From NCBI RefSeq assembly GCF_009914755.1, contig NC_060929.1: 64,000 bases of DNA. One strand, written 5' to 3'. This DNA comes from the human T2T-CHM13v2.0 reference genome, Homo sapiens. The notes beneath the pieces were generated by a model. The model made no database searches and was not told where the DNA came from. It saw nothing but the letters and a program-made list of their open reading frames with translations. Position 1 is the stretch's first letter, and each line of letters opens with the position of its first letter. Below, piece by piece: positions 1 to 14,075 of the stretch. The translations under genes and the position numbers were made by a program.

Positions 1-846
1 TAAAGGACTCTTGCTCAGGATCTTAAAATAAATAAGGTAGACCCAAAGAAGAAAGGCAACCCTTATACCCAGGGCCTCATGTCACTCATACATTGTATGT
101 CATTCTGGTCATACTGATAAAACTAGAGTATATAGTAAAATTATCAAAATGTTGCTATCTTCATGTAACTCACAATTAGATTACTCATTTAGAATAATTA
201 ATGTGATAACTTTTCCTAATTGGAAATTTGGTAGTTCTTGTGAAACATCATTAATGCCATAGAAAAACTAAAATAATTAGATTTCAAGTATCATACACAT
301 TTTTCTCTAATGCAATAAGGGGAAGAGGGCAATTGTGATCTGGTTGATCTGGTAGTATTCAGTTTACCAATTATTTTATATTTAATCTCTACAGAAAAGC
401 CTTTATTTTATGAGTACCAGTGATATATGAATAGACTGAGGCACACCAAGCTGAAGTCTCATGAAGCCATGTAGCTTCAATCTCCTCATCCAAGAATGAA
501 TGATTCCAATTCATTACATTTATTCATTCACACAACAAAACTAGGATGTCTAATGGTGATAATTGCTATAAAAAAAAAACAATAAAATAGGGGAGGAGAG
601 AGGATGTCAAGGTATAGAAAGTACAGCTTTTCATAGGGTAGAAAAAGGAAAAGCATCATTTAAAAATGACAGCTGAGCAATCACCCAATCTGCAGAAGAA
701 TAGTTTCAGAAAAAGGGACAGCATTGAAAATGCCCTGAATTGAGGAGCAGCAGAGTGGTCTGGGGAGGAATTAGCAGGAAATAAAGACAGAGAGCTAATG
801 TAGAGCCAGATTACATAGAGCTTTTTGAAGTACTGCAAAGATTTTA

Positions 847-931
847 CCCTGAGTTGAGCATTACACACTCTATGCATGGAACAAAATATCACAGGTGCCC
901 CCATAAATGTGTGCAAATATTATGTACTAAT
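847..931 (+). mobile_element. Very short L1 (L1MA/L1PB-like) 3' end
   Basis: ccctgagttgagcattacacactctatgcatggaacaaaatatcacaggtgccccataaat matches the old L1 3' terminus. Flanked by a probable TSD aaagatttta/aatgatttta. Confidence 0.65.
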
Positions 932-1127
932 AATGATTTTAGTTTTTCTTAAATTGAGTGGAGAAGATATTAGAGGGCTTTGGTAAAGCGAACCGGATGG
1001 AACGACGTATATATTAAGAGAATAACTCCGGCTGCTGAATTGAGCATAGACTATAGGAAAGTGGACACAGAAGGGGAAATGGAGAAGCTGAAAGGCCAGT
1101 GGAAAGGCTGCTAAAAAATCTAAAAGA

Positions 1128-1423
<296 letters not shown>

Positions 1424-3414
1424 ATCTAAATGAAAGATGATGTTGGATTGGAACAGAGTGGTAACAGGGACATGCTGAGAAGGCATAGATTTTGAAAATA
1501 AAAAAGCAATGGGCTTTGCTAAGGAATGAATGTGAGGTGTGGGAAAGAGGAAACAAGAATGATTCCAAGGCCGTTTGGCCTAAACAGCTAGAAACTCAAG
1601 AGTAGTTGTCCACTGAGATGGGGAACACTGTGGGAGGAACAGGTGTAAGGAGGTAAAACCAAAAAGTTGAGTTTGGGATATGATACATTTGAAATGCCAA
1701 TTAGATTTCACAGAAATATATCAAGTGGACAGTTAGGCATGTGATTCTGAAATGCAGGGGAGAGGTTCAGGGTGGACTAATAAATGTGGAAGATTTTATA
1801 GCATAGAATACTTAAATCCATGAAAATGGATGAGTATGCCAAAGGAATGAATGTGTAGTTAGAGATGAGGTTCACGGTCTGAGAACTGAGGGTCATGAAA
1901 CTTTGGATGCTGCGGAAATGGAAAAGAATGAGCAAATGGTCTGGAAAGGAGAATCCAGTTATGGAAAAAATACAGGAATGAGTAATGTCCTGGAAGACAG
2001 TATTGTTGTTGAAATTTCTAATACTATTTTTTTTTACTTACTTTATATCATCTGTACCTATCAATTTTAAGCCCAAACTCCCAAATCATTCTCCTCATGC
2101 TTTTGTGAAGAATTACTATGCTTATTAGGACTTGCAAATGTAGTAATTCAAATAACCTGTCAAGTATTTGGTAACTTTCAAATTTAGATCTCAATAGTAA
2201 TTTCATTAATTAAGTCAATGAACTTCCCATGTACCTAATGAAGTTATCACTGACTTCTTAAACTTTCTTGGGGAGCTATTCCAGACACAGAAATCCGGGC
2301 AAAATCTAAACCCCACATACAAATGGAAAATAGACCCTTAAAAGTTTTTAAAAGGGTACATTCTCATCAGGTCTCCCATTTTTAAGAGCCTAATGAGCTT
2401 GGGGTAATTGAAATATTCACGTTAATGGTAGGTGTTGAGCAAATTTCAAGAACTGAAAATAAATTACCAGTCTTTGTCTTCACCCCTCTCAGTCGCAATT
2501 AGAACGAGGTTGCAAAGTGAAAGGTGGCAAGTAGAGAGATATATTTCTCTTTAACCTCTTCACCCAATCAATCACCTACTTTTACTTAGTTTTCTAGTTC
2601 ACCCCTCAACCCTTTCTACCTCCTTGGAGCTACCATTCTCACCTAAGCTTCAACAATCACTTCTCTCCTTGCTTGGAAATAACTTCCTAGTTGTTTACTC
2701 TGCCTCTGTTTCCTATTGTTCTTCATCATAAATATAGTCATTGAACAGTAACACTCAAATTCACTAGGATATTGTTTTTATTTATAATTTCATTTTTATG
2801 TCTCATGTATTATCCCTCTTTTTTCTTACTCAGACATGTTGATAACATTCTAAACCTTTCAAAGTGGAAAATTTTGGTTTCATTAATCAACTGAATTTCC
2901 CTTAATTTAAATTTCAATAAATAGTGTTTTCATCTTTGTTAATTTCTGTTATTGACTACTTTGTTTTCTTTTTTGTTATTTTTCAGCCTCTCAAGTCATA
3001 TGATTTGTTTTTCAAAGTTAAAATTCTTCTAGTGTGTCATTTTCTGGCTTCAGGTTTACTTCTAGATGCTACTTTGGCTGAATCTCATACAGTACTTTTA
3101 TTGTCTTTTATTTGTAAATTGTTCAAGATTATAGTGATTTTTCCTCATTTTAATTGAGTTAATGGGTATTTTCAAGTTTTCACGTGGATACATTTATTTT
3201 TCACTGTTCAAGGTCATTTATTGTTAATTTCTATTTTTATTGCATTGTTTTTAGATAATGCAGCCTTTATGATCTCTGCTCTTTGGGGTTTCTTAAAATA
3301 GTCCTTTGTGGTTTCATACACCATCCATTTGTGTGGCTGTTCCAGGTATGCTTAAAACAAGTTAGTTTAATGGTTTTAAAAACAAGTTGGATAAATCTGG
3401 CTTAATAACAATAA

Positions 3415-4925
3415 GCCAATTGTCTATTCAAGTATGAAATATTTATTAGGCACCTACACTCTGCCAAGCACTGTTCAAGACAGTGAGATGATTTCAATGA
3501 ACAAAATAGACAGTTCCTGTTCTCATTGAGGCTAGTCAGGAATAAAACAATAAAAAAGAAGGCAAACACATTGTATGTCAACACATAATAATAAAGTAAA
3601 TGGAGAGAACCAGGAAGGGCAGCCAGAGGCTGTTATTTTATAAGATCAGACAGGGCTTCCCTGATTAGATGACATTTGAGGCAGGATGTGAAAGCAGTGG
3701 GGAGAGCCATGTGGATGTCTAGGAAATGAGTGCTCCACAGAAGGAAGGACAATTGCAAATGCTCCAAGGAAAGAGCACTCTTCCTATAATCCAGTAATAG
3801 CCAGGGGTTGAGGTGGCTGGGAAACTTTGAGTAAGGGAAAGTATGGTCATTTAGCTGTGGTAGGCAGACCACAGGGTGGCTTGAGAGCCATGGCAGCAGC
3901 ACCAGCTTTGACTCTGAGTGAGAAGGAAAACCTTTGGTGGGCTTTGAAGATAAAAGTGCTATGATCTGACAGAGATTTTTATTAGAAGATTCTTTCCATC
4001 TTGCTGGGTTGAGAATAGGCTTGGATGATGGCATGGGTAGGAGGGTGTTTGGGAGGGAAAGAGAGGAAGGGAACAAAGACAATTCAACTAAGAGGACAAT
4101 TAGGAAGTTAGGGGAGACTTAAAGGTGCCTTAGACAAGAGTGTGGCATTCAAGGTAGTGAAAAATGCTTGAATTTGAGGGTAGAATCAGGATTTGCAAAC
4201 AGACTGGTTGTGTGGTGAGAGGGAAAGAGAGAATTCTAGGATGATGTCAAAGATTTTGCCCGAATAATGGAAGGACAAAATTTTCCATGATCTGAGCTCA
4301 GAAAAATCTGTGGATAAAGCAAGTTTTTATGAGATAAATCAGAAGTTTACTTGTAGGCATCTTAAATTTGAGTAGCCAGTAACACGTATTAGAGCAAAGT
4401 CAAATAGCAGTTAGATAAAGGAGTCCGTAGCTCATGGGAGACATCTGGACTCTATAAATATTTGAGATTTTCTGGAGAGTATGAAAAAGCCCCCAAGACT
4501 ATACAAGATCACCTAAGAAGAGAATGCAGAGAAAGAAGAGCTGAAACTGAAAAGTGAAACTGTTAGGCACTTCTACATTTAATTGCTGGGGTAAGGAAGA
4601 GAAACCATTCAAAGAGATTGAGACAGAGTGTCCGATGAAGAAGGGGAAGAGTCAGGGTATTCTGATTTCATGGAAGGCAAGGGTTTTGAGGCAGGGAGGA
4701 ATCAGCCCTAAGAAATGCAGTCCATCAAATAAGATGAGCCCTGGAAGGCTTGCATTGGATTTAGCAATGTGGAGAACTTGCTATATGGTGACAGTGACAA
4801 GAGTTAACCAGTGTTCATGACAGTGGTGAAAGCCTGATGGAGTGAGTTCAATAGAAACAAAGGCATATTCATTATTCTTTCCAAGGAGTTGCTGTTAACT
4901 CCTTGAAATGAGGCTGTGTTGACAA
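3415..4925 (-). mobile_element. L2 LINE remnant
   Basis: atatttattaggcacctacactctgccaagcactgttc start and continuous degenerate L2 motifs. ORF 3633..4082 is a chance reading of it. Confidence 0.8.
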
Positions 4926-4938
4926 TTGAAAGGTTTTT

Positions 4939-5637
4939 TTTTCTTATTAATACTTCAAGTTCTGGGTTACATGTGCAGAATATGCAGTTTTGTTACATAG
5001 GTATACAGTGTCATGGTGGTTTGCTGCACCCATCAACCCGTCACCTACATTAAGTATTTCTCCTAATGTTATCCCTCCCCTTTCCCCCCGCCCCCCAACA
5101 GGTCCCGGTGTGTGATGTTCCCCTCCCTGTGTCCATGTGTTCTCATTGTTCAACTCCCACTTATGAGTGAGAACATGTGGTGTTTGGTTTTCTGATCTTG
5201 TGATTGTTTGCCGAGAATGATGGTTTCCAGTTTCATCCATGTCCCTGCAAAGGACATGAACTCATCCTTTTTTATGGCTGCATAGTATTCCATGGTATAT
5301 ATGTGCCACATTTTCTTAATCCAGTCTATCATTGATGGACATTTGGGTTGGTTCCAAGTCTTTGCTGTTATGAATAGAGCTGCAGTAAACATGCATGTGC
5401 ATGTGTCTTTATCATAGAATGATGTATAATTCTTTGGGTATATGCCCAGTAATGGGATTGCTGGGTCAAATGGTATTTATAGTTCCAGATCCTTGAGGAA
5501 TCACCACACTGTGTTTCACAATGGTTGAACTAATTTATACTCCCACCAACAGTGTAAAGGCATTCCTATTTTTCCGCAACCTCTCCTGCATCTGTTGTTT
5601 CCTGACTTTTTAATGATCGCCATTCTAACTGACTTGA
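4939..5637 (-). mobile_element. L1PA (about L1PA7) 3' segment: ORF2 C-terminus, 3' UTR and poly(A)
   Basis: ORF 5150..5392 (TAKTWNQPKCPSMIDWIKKMWHIYTMEYYAAIKKDEF) is the L1 ORF2p C-terminus. T-run at 4934-4942. Confidence 0.97.
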
Positions 5638-6027
5638 AATAAAATCCTAGAAGAAAACCTGGGCAATACCATTCAGAACATAGGCATGGGAAAAGACTTC
5701 ATGTCTAAAACACCAAAAGCAATGGCAACAAAAGCCAAAATAGACAAATGGGATCTCATTAAACTAAAGAGCTTCTGCACAGCAAAAGAAACTATCATCA
5801 GAGTGAACAGGCAACCTACAGAATGGAAGAACATTTTTGCAATCTATCCATCTGACAAAGGGCTAATATCCAAAATCTACAAAGAACTTAAACAAATTTA
5901 CAAGAAAAAACAACCCCATCAACAAATGGGGAAAGGATATGAACAGACACTTCTCAAAAGAAGACATTTATGCAGCCAACAGACATATGAATAAATAAAT
6001 GCTCATCATCATTGGTCGTTAGAGAAA
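5638..6027 (+). mobile_element. Inverted 5' segment of the same L1 insertion
   Basis: ORF 5686..5994 ([35 protein letters not shown]) is L1 ORF2p on the opposite strand. The whole unit is flanked by TSD gaaaggttttt (4928-4938, 6024-6034). Confidence 0.95.
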
Positions 6028-7302
6028 GGTTTTTGAAAGATAGAATTGTGGGGCAATATCCCTGAGTAAGCTAAAGGAATGGACTTCGTCCTCAAGTGAA
6101 GAGAGGTGATTAAAGAAGAGAAAACTATTGTATTTCAGAAGAGGCAAAGTGTATTACCTTGCTATGATTGGAGAAGCATTGCCTATCTTTTGCAAGAAGC
6201 AGGTTTGCACCTTTGCAATCATGTTTTTTTTTCCCTTCCCTATACCCCTATCTCACATGTAGAACAGGAAAGGCCAAAGAGATCAAAATTTAATGTCTCC
6301 TTTACTTGTTGTGACGCCTACTTTGAGACTATGTGCTTACCAATGAGATACTATTTTTTTTCTCTTTTTTAAGATTTAAAGTCCCTCTGACTCTTAAGTC
6401 CCTCTGACTCTGTCAGTTATACTTACTATAATTAACATAACTTTGAGATATTAATCTTTCCATTTTCAGATCTTTTTGCCTCTGTTTTATGGTTTTGATT
6501 TTGTTCAAATATTTGAGAATCTTTGGTTTTCTATTCATTCTTCTATTTGAGAACCTCTGCTTTTATCAAAGCCATGCTCAGATGAGAACTGCTAAAAAAG
6601 ATGATGTTTTGATGTTTCTAGTTGGATATGGATCCCTGCCCTGCCTGAATTCATTATTGTGCAGGACCTTTCCTTGCCTCTTCCTGCCCCAGTGCCAATT
6701 CTTACTGCATCATACTTGGGGCATATTTTGCCATGGCTAATTCCTTTGCTTGGCACAGGGGCTCCTTGTGAAAGCTCTTATGGTGGCTCTGTGATTAGTT
6801 GTTTTTTTGTTTGCTCAGTGGTTGCCTTTCCTTCAGTGTTCACTCACTGAGCATGGTTCTTCTCTATATTCACGAGAATATTTTAATTTTACTTTGTATA
6901 CTTGGGGTCACAGTTGCCTTTGATCATTTTGTTCTACCAATTCCACTCTCTTTCAGAAGGTCTCCAGAATTTCTCATTCATTAATATCATATTCCCATTT
7001 TCCAATTTTGTTATTCCATTCATTAATAAATTACTTTCTAAATTTGTATGAGATGTGAGGTTGGGAGAATTTGGAAGAGTATTGTCAAATGTCAGTTTTG
7101 ATTATCACCCTTTTAGTTTTGTGTTACAAACTTAAAAATCTTTGATAGGCCTACATATTTTATATTTTGACTTTTTAGTGACCAGAAAAAATGCTTATAT
7201 AAAAAATAATTTTAAAAAGCGTTTATTATAAAAAGTGGATTTTTCCTTTTAATCTCACTCTAATACCACTCCGTTCCTGTCTTCTCAAAGAATAACCCCT
7301 TA

Positions 7303-7667
<365 letters not shown>

Positions 7668-7904
7668 TTATTTTTACATGCATAAGAATATATTGCACAT
7701 ATTTCGAAATTATTTCATTGGCAACTTTTCATGTCTATACATATAAATCTTTTCAGGTATTATTCCATTTGATATAAGGATAATAAGGTTGGAAATCTCT
7801 AGCTCATTGTCAACAGATAATAAGTGATGATAAAGAGTAAGAAGAGTAAAAAGATCACCAGTTAAAGGTGACTGAATCACATTTAATATGATAACCTTAA
7901 TTAA

Positions 7905-8075
7905 AGCCTGATTTTGAGAGCTCACATGTGAGCTTGGACAAGTTTTCTCATCTGTAAAATGGTAAAATCATAATAATAATATTCATTTCATACAGTTGTT
8001 GTAATATATGAAATAATACATGTAAAATACCATGATTCTTGGCATATAGTAAATGCTCCAGGAATATCAGTTGTC
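7905..8075 (+). mobile_element. MIR SINE
   Basis: MIR core gtgagcttggacaagttttctcatctgtaaaatgg and 3' end ggcatatagtaaatgctc. Confidence 0.7.
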
Positions 8076-8864
8076 ATTTTTTTTTAAGGCAAGAAAATAA
8101 GCTACTATATGATACTAGGCAAGAAATAAACACTTTTCTTAGGCATAATGGCATCTGGAGTAAAAGTAATATCCTAGTGTAACTCTTGAAATTCACTGAA
8201 GATGGAACATCAGGATGAGAGTAGACTAGAGTGTTCCTGCAAAGAAATACTCACCTCTGAATATCTTTTGTTTTCCCTACCACGTATTGTTCTCACTATA
8301 ATTGTACTTTAAAGATGGGTAGGAAATGGGGAGCCATGAGGACCTCTAGTGGTTTGGTTTCTTTGTTTTTTCTCTTAGGAGTCCACAGGCCAAATAATCG
8401 CTACCCAACATAAAAATGGAAGCAACATAAAAATGGAAGCCATAATGTCACCTCTAACAAACCTGTGGTCCTAATATTGAAAGGCGTTATAGCATATCCC
8501 TCCCTCACTCACATTTACTTAAATCAGGCATGTCTATACAGGAGGGATGCACAGCCTGTCACTATACAGGCAAGGCTTAGGTAAAGCGATGCAGTAGAAC
8601 TATTTTTCACAGTGCTGGCCTCAGAGGATTGGCAACATCTGCATTAAATATGAACCCGGAAAGTTCACCACTCAGCAGACTGGGCTGCCTCTAAGCACAA
8701 AAGAAGGTTAAAGCAACATGCTTACAACTTCATTCGTTTCACAGAGTTCTCCTAAAGAAGACCAAAACCTTAAAAAATGTACTATACTAATTTTTATTGT
8801 TTTTCTCTTGGTCTACTAGAAACAACTCCCTTAATTCATGGATTAAACTTTTGTTTGCAAAAGC

Positions 8865-9230
8865 ACAAACCTATACAACAGTAAAATACTGTGTAGCAGT
8901 AAAAAATTCAACTTTTTAAAAAACATAAATTCTAGAATTACATTGAATGATAAATGTAACTTTTAAAAGATTGTATAGTATACCGTTTTATCAAGTTTAA
9001 AACAACTGAAATTAAACAATTTACTTTTTAAAATATGCTATATTAAGAGACCTCATGCACATACACACGCTCCCCAAAAGAATTGTCAACATAAGATTCA
9101 GAATAATGGTTACCTCCAGTTCAGGGAGGCAGGGAAACAGGATGAAGGACTTTATGAGTTCATTTAAGTTATTGTCAAGGTACTGGTTTTCCTTATAGGT
9201 GTGGTTTTATTGCATTATTAAAAATAAACA
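8865..9230 (+). mobile_element. Old L1 (L1ME-like) 3' fragment
   Basis: Degenerate motifs aaatactgtgtagcagtaaaaa and cagaataatggttacctc. Confidence 0.5.
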
Positions 9231-10074
9231 GTAACTAAAGAGAAAAGTATCATTTGTGTCATAAAACAAGCATCTGAAAAGAACAAGCCAGTTACAGGAG
9301 GCGATGTGAGATGAACCCAGAGCAGAAAGCCAGATATTAGCAGGGGATTTATTTCTAGAAAAAACAAAGGCAAAAAGGCACCACTGAAGCCTCGTTATGT
9401 CATATAGGCGACAGTCTCTACTATAAACAAGTGACTTGACAACTATTTTAAATAATTTTCAAGAAGCAAATTAAAGAAATGTTCATTCGTATTAATAAAT
9501 AGAATCATCCTTAAACCCAACGTTTCTAAAAGAAAACCTGTGTGGCTGTAGGGGCTGTGGATTTTCTTGGTTGATCCTTTCAATCAGACAAATAAAGAGG
9601 TTATTTATTAGCAAGTGTAGCAAGTACTTCAACACACGCTAAGGCTGTTGGTATCTACAGTCCAAATAGTTGGTGAGCAGGGTTCAGGGACAGTTATTTG
9701 ACAGCTGTGAGTGGAGCATTGGTTTCCATCCATGAAACTCATGAAGAGTGCTGAGGAGTAGCCAAATAAATGTGAGGTAAACATGTGATAACCCTGTCTC
9801 CAATCTTTACAAAATTAAAGGATTTGGCTTAAGAGTGGTTAGGATGGCTCTATGCTCCTTGGAATTCCTCAGGACCTGGGTCACTGTCTCTATTTTATTG
9901 ATGATTAAATTGAGAACTGGAGTGTTTTGTAAGCTGGTCAAGGCGTGGCAGACACAGAGCTTAAGCAGTAAGCTCAAAGGTAACTCTTTGGGCCAAGTAG
10001 GGTGTCCCCAGCACCAGAGTCTGTGTTTGGTTTTTGGCCTAGCTTTATTATGCCATCTTAAGAAAAAATGCCTC

Positions 10075-10444
10075 AGTCAAGTCCCTGTAGGACCCTATCT
10101 GTCCCTGTCTGTCCTTGTCCATCCCTGCAAATCTCTGCTAGTTTCTGCTAGTCTCTGCTAGTCTCTACTAGTCTCTACTTTTGTACCTCTTTAGGGCACT
10201 GACCTTATATTGCTAGTCTTTGCTAGTCTTTATCTATCCCTTTCTGTCCCTATGGTATCTGTTAGTTCCCACAAGTTCCTGCAAGTCCCTGTCTTTCCCT
10301 GCCTATCTCTATTTGTCTCTACTTATCTCATCTCTTATCTCTTACTTATCTCTATTGTCTCTATTTATCCCTGAAGGCCTCTTCAGGTCCCTTCAAGTCT
10401 CTTCAAGTCTCTGTTTGTCCCTGATAGTCCCTGTTCAGGTGCCA
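10075..10444 (-). mobile_element. HERV-K(HML-6)/HERVK3 internal 5' leader, truncated before gag
   Basis: Directly follows the LTR and PBS on the minus strand. Purine-rich leader with short gactagcaga repeats. No gag reading frame recognised beyond about 10075. Confidence 0.75.
10427..10444 (-). other. Retroviral primer-binding site, tRNA-Lys(UUU)/Lys3 type
   Basis: Minus strand reads TGGCACCTGAACAGGGAC, 16/18 to TGGCGCCCGAACAGGGAC. Both mismatches are CpG transitions. It lies 2 nt from the LTR end. Confidence 0.9.
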
Positions 10445-10446
10445 CT

Positions 10447-10802
10447 TGTGGCTGACTGCCCCGGTTACTACTTGAGACGAGCATTACAGCAGTTACTACT
10501 GTTACTGCTTGAGACCATCATTACAAGACTGAATGAAGGGACGAACGTAGAAATGATAACACAAAACAAAAGAAACTATTTTAAAGAAAAGGCTAGCATG
10601 GGAAAGAAGAAGAGAGCTCCCTGCTTCTAGTGAGCAAAGGCAGTCCCCCTGAGCTTCCACAGCCCTTCTTATTTATTGGGTAACAAGAGCAAGGAAGAGG
10701 AGGTAATGATTGGTCAGCTGCTTAATTAATCACAGGTTCATATTATTACTAACAGGCTTCAGATGTACCTAATCACAAGAAACGTTTGTGTGGCCTCCAA
10801 CA
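10447..10802 (-). mobile_element. LTR3/LTR3A (HML-6) 5' LTR, apparently with a U3 deletion
   Basis: TG...CA termini (TGTTGGAGGCC ... CAGCCACA), CCAAT and AATAAATAAGAAGGGCTGTGGAAGCTCAGG as recalled for LTR3, adjacent Lys PBS. Confidence 0.85.
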
Positions 10803-10859
10803 TCCATAGTCATTTATCTAGATCCCAGAAAAATAAACACATCATGTAAAAAGAAATGT

Positions 10860-11297
<438 letters not shown>

Positions 11298-11974
11298 TCA
11301 CACAACTCTGGGAGAATCTTTTGATATTCACATTTATTATAATATAGAATAAAAATGCCTTTTGATTCTGCCTCTTGAACTTAAAAAGCTTGTGTGGTTA
11401 AAATTGCAAACCCAGGAAGCAAGGGATCATTATTTTGCATCACAAACTGCAATGATTTTATCCAAGGAAATATAAGGAGTGGCAGTTGTGGGGAATACAT
11501 GGTGGGAGGGGGGTGTCTGGAGAGAATGAAAGAAAGACAGGGTTAAGGACAACTGATTTTATTTAGGTTTTTTTTTGTTTTTTTTTTTTTTCTATTTAAG
11601 TTCCTATGTTCGAATGATTGAGTGACTCCTGGAAACTCCGCTCTCAGGGGCAGAGAAACAGATGGCCAAGATCATCCAAAGTTCACCTAATACATTTCCC
11701 TTGTCTTCAAATCATTCCAAACAATTCGCTCGCATTGCAGAAGGGTTAGATTGGATTAAAAATAAGCTTTTTCTAATTTCGTGAACGTTCTTTAAAAAAA
11801 AAGAAAGAAAAGAAAAAGAACATTTGAAACTACACCAAGACCAAGAACTCATTTCAAATACCCATGATTACCAGTTGGGAATCTGTAATTCCAAACATTC
11901 AGTTGTGTGGGTATGGCCATTTGCTATAGACGTCAGGGATAGCCTACACATTTTGGCAATGCAGGATCTTGATA

Positions 11975-12155
11975 CTACGTAGAATCTACAAAGTTGAACT
12001 CATAGAAACAAAGAGTAGAACAATGTTGTCAGGGGCTCAGATTGGGTAAAACAGAGAGTTGTTTGTCAAAGGGCACAAAATTTTAGTTGAAAGATAAAAA
12101 GTTCTGGAGATCTGATGTATAGCATGGTGACTACAGTTAATAATACTGAATTGCA
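11975..12155 (+). mobile_element. L1MA/L1MB 3' UTR fragment
   Basis: gaactcatagaaacaaagagtagaa ... aagttctggagatctgatgtatagcatggtgactacagttaataatact. Confidence 0.7.
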
Positions 12156-14075
12156 AACAAGTATTACCCTTAAGATTTGGAAATCATTTTTAAATAGCAG
12201 TCATATAATGTGTCAGGCTTACTAAAAGAATTGTAAGTATATTAAACTTTTTCACTAAAAGTCAGTGAGACTAACTCATCTGGCTATTTATCATAAACCA
12301 GTTGTGCTTTAACCAAATCAGTCAACACATGGAAGCTTCTCAGAACTCATGTGTCTTCAGTCGCCAAGTCTTTAGGTCCAGACAGGTTCAGGGAAGGCTT
12401 GGTACATAACCTTTTTGACAATCCAACTGTGCTTTCTCTCTACTATTTTGGAGCCAGTACACCTGGGGTAAGCTGTTCCAAGCAAAGTGCAAGGGCATAT
12501 CAAACCCTCACCTTTCTCCTCACTTACAGTTTAAGCAGAAGAACGTGTTCAGGCTTCCCACTGCTACATTTCAGAATTTTATTGGTGTGGGAGGCTTCCC
12601 AAATGAGTATTTCAAGTGACAGATGATTTTGTTGTGCCCCTTCTCCACAGCATCAATATCCGCTATTCTATGGAGGATTAACTAGAGTAAGCACCCTGCA
12701 GTCACTGGTTATGAATTGTAAATGTGTGACGATTATGGCTCTTAAGGCACAAAACATACTTTTTATAGTGATTTGTGGGGCCCATTTTTATTGAGAATGA
12801 GCTTAACATTGCCAGATTCATTAGCTACTTGAGCTACGCTGGTCAGATCCTTTGTGTGTTCGCGCATTAGGCTTTCTTAATCAGAGAAATAAGCTTACAT
12901 AATTTCTTTTAAATTATGTGTAGTAGGGAAGGAGGTATGCAACACAGGAAGGTTTGTGAGAAAAAAAACTATAAAGTAGAAATGCCAAGAGCGAATTCAC
13001 ATTAAAAAATATTTAATGAGCAATAAAATGCTTCTGTAGCGGTTCCAAGGGATGCGCAGCGTGGTCCGGGGAAGGAGCAGTGTGTGCCAGTAATTCCTCT
13101 TGAGAATGGTATAATTTAGAGAGTCCAATTGCTTTCTGCTTCTCAGGTCCCCTTGTCTGATTCTTTTCTCTCTTCTTTTTTTCCTGTTTGGAGTTAGGAA
13201 CAGTAAACTGATACTGATATATTTTCCAGCAAAGATAATTTTGAGGGCTGAGTGTTACCTCATCATCTGCAGAAAGAATAGAAGGAGAATCTCTGTGCAT
13301 GACAAACTGAAAGATATTTTTCCTGTGAAAGGAGTATCATATACATAAGAGCAGAAAAAGCAGAAAGTATAAGAACATTCCTTCAGGATATCCCTCAAGT
13401 TTTTAAAAATTTTCATATATCCATCAAATTAATGAAGTATTTGAGTATGTGTCTGTATGTATGTGTGTATTATATTTAATGATGTGATTTTTATAGCACT
13501 TATATATAAAGTTATACATAGAATTATATGAATTACATAATATACAAATGAGATGATATTTATATTAATAAGTTAATGTCATTGGCATTTACTCAATAAA
13601 CTTTCATTGTGCCAGACATGCCCACTGGGTTTGGAGATTCAATGATAAAACCAACCCTTCACCTCCAGGAACCTGCATTCTAATTGGGTTGTGAGTTGTT
13701 AATTAAAAAGTGACCCAAATTGTAGTATAATTAATATTTGTTCAATGAAGGAGCGGTATATGGCATTATGAAAGCATTTAACAAGGTGGGTGAACTGGCC
13801 TGTTTCCTGGCTCCCATAATAAATCACATCAAATCGGCCCTTCAACTTCTGTTAGGGCATTAGTGGTTCAGCCTAATACTTCAGAGTGGTCAAGGCATGA
13901 GAACAACATTGCTCTCCACTTCATCCATATTCAGGTGCTCTTAGGTCCATCCCACATAAAGAAAGCTGAGGCACAGAACAAAACTGTACATTGTCTCTGA
14001 GCTCTTGTGGATGATGTCCTTCAGCTCAGGATGATGTCCTTCAGCTGAGTTCCACCATTCCCAACTTCCCTTCTT

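Noticed and set aside
3633-4082. 149-aa ORF
   Set aside because: Chance open frame in an L2 remnant, with no recognisable domain.
9500-10075. Possible captured gene, gag or env behind the HML-6 leader
   Set aside because: My manual minus-strand translations gave no recognisable protein motif, and the frames are broken by stops.
10130-10420. Short iterated repeats (ctagtctctg, cttcaagtc) as a CRISPR-like or novel array
   Set aside because: There are no unique spacers, and the repeats lie in the retroviral leader next to the PBS.
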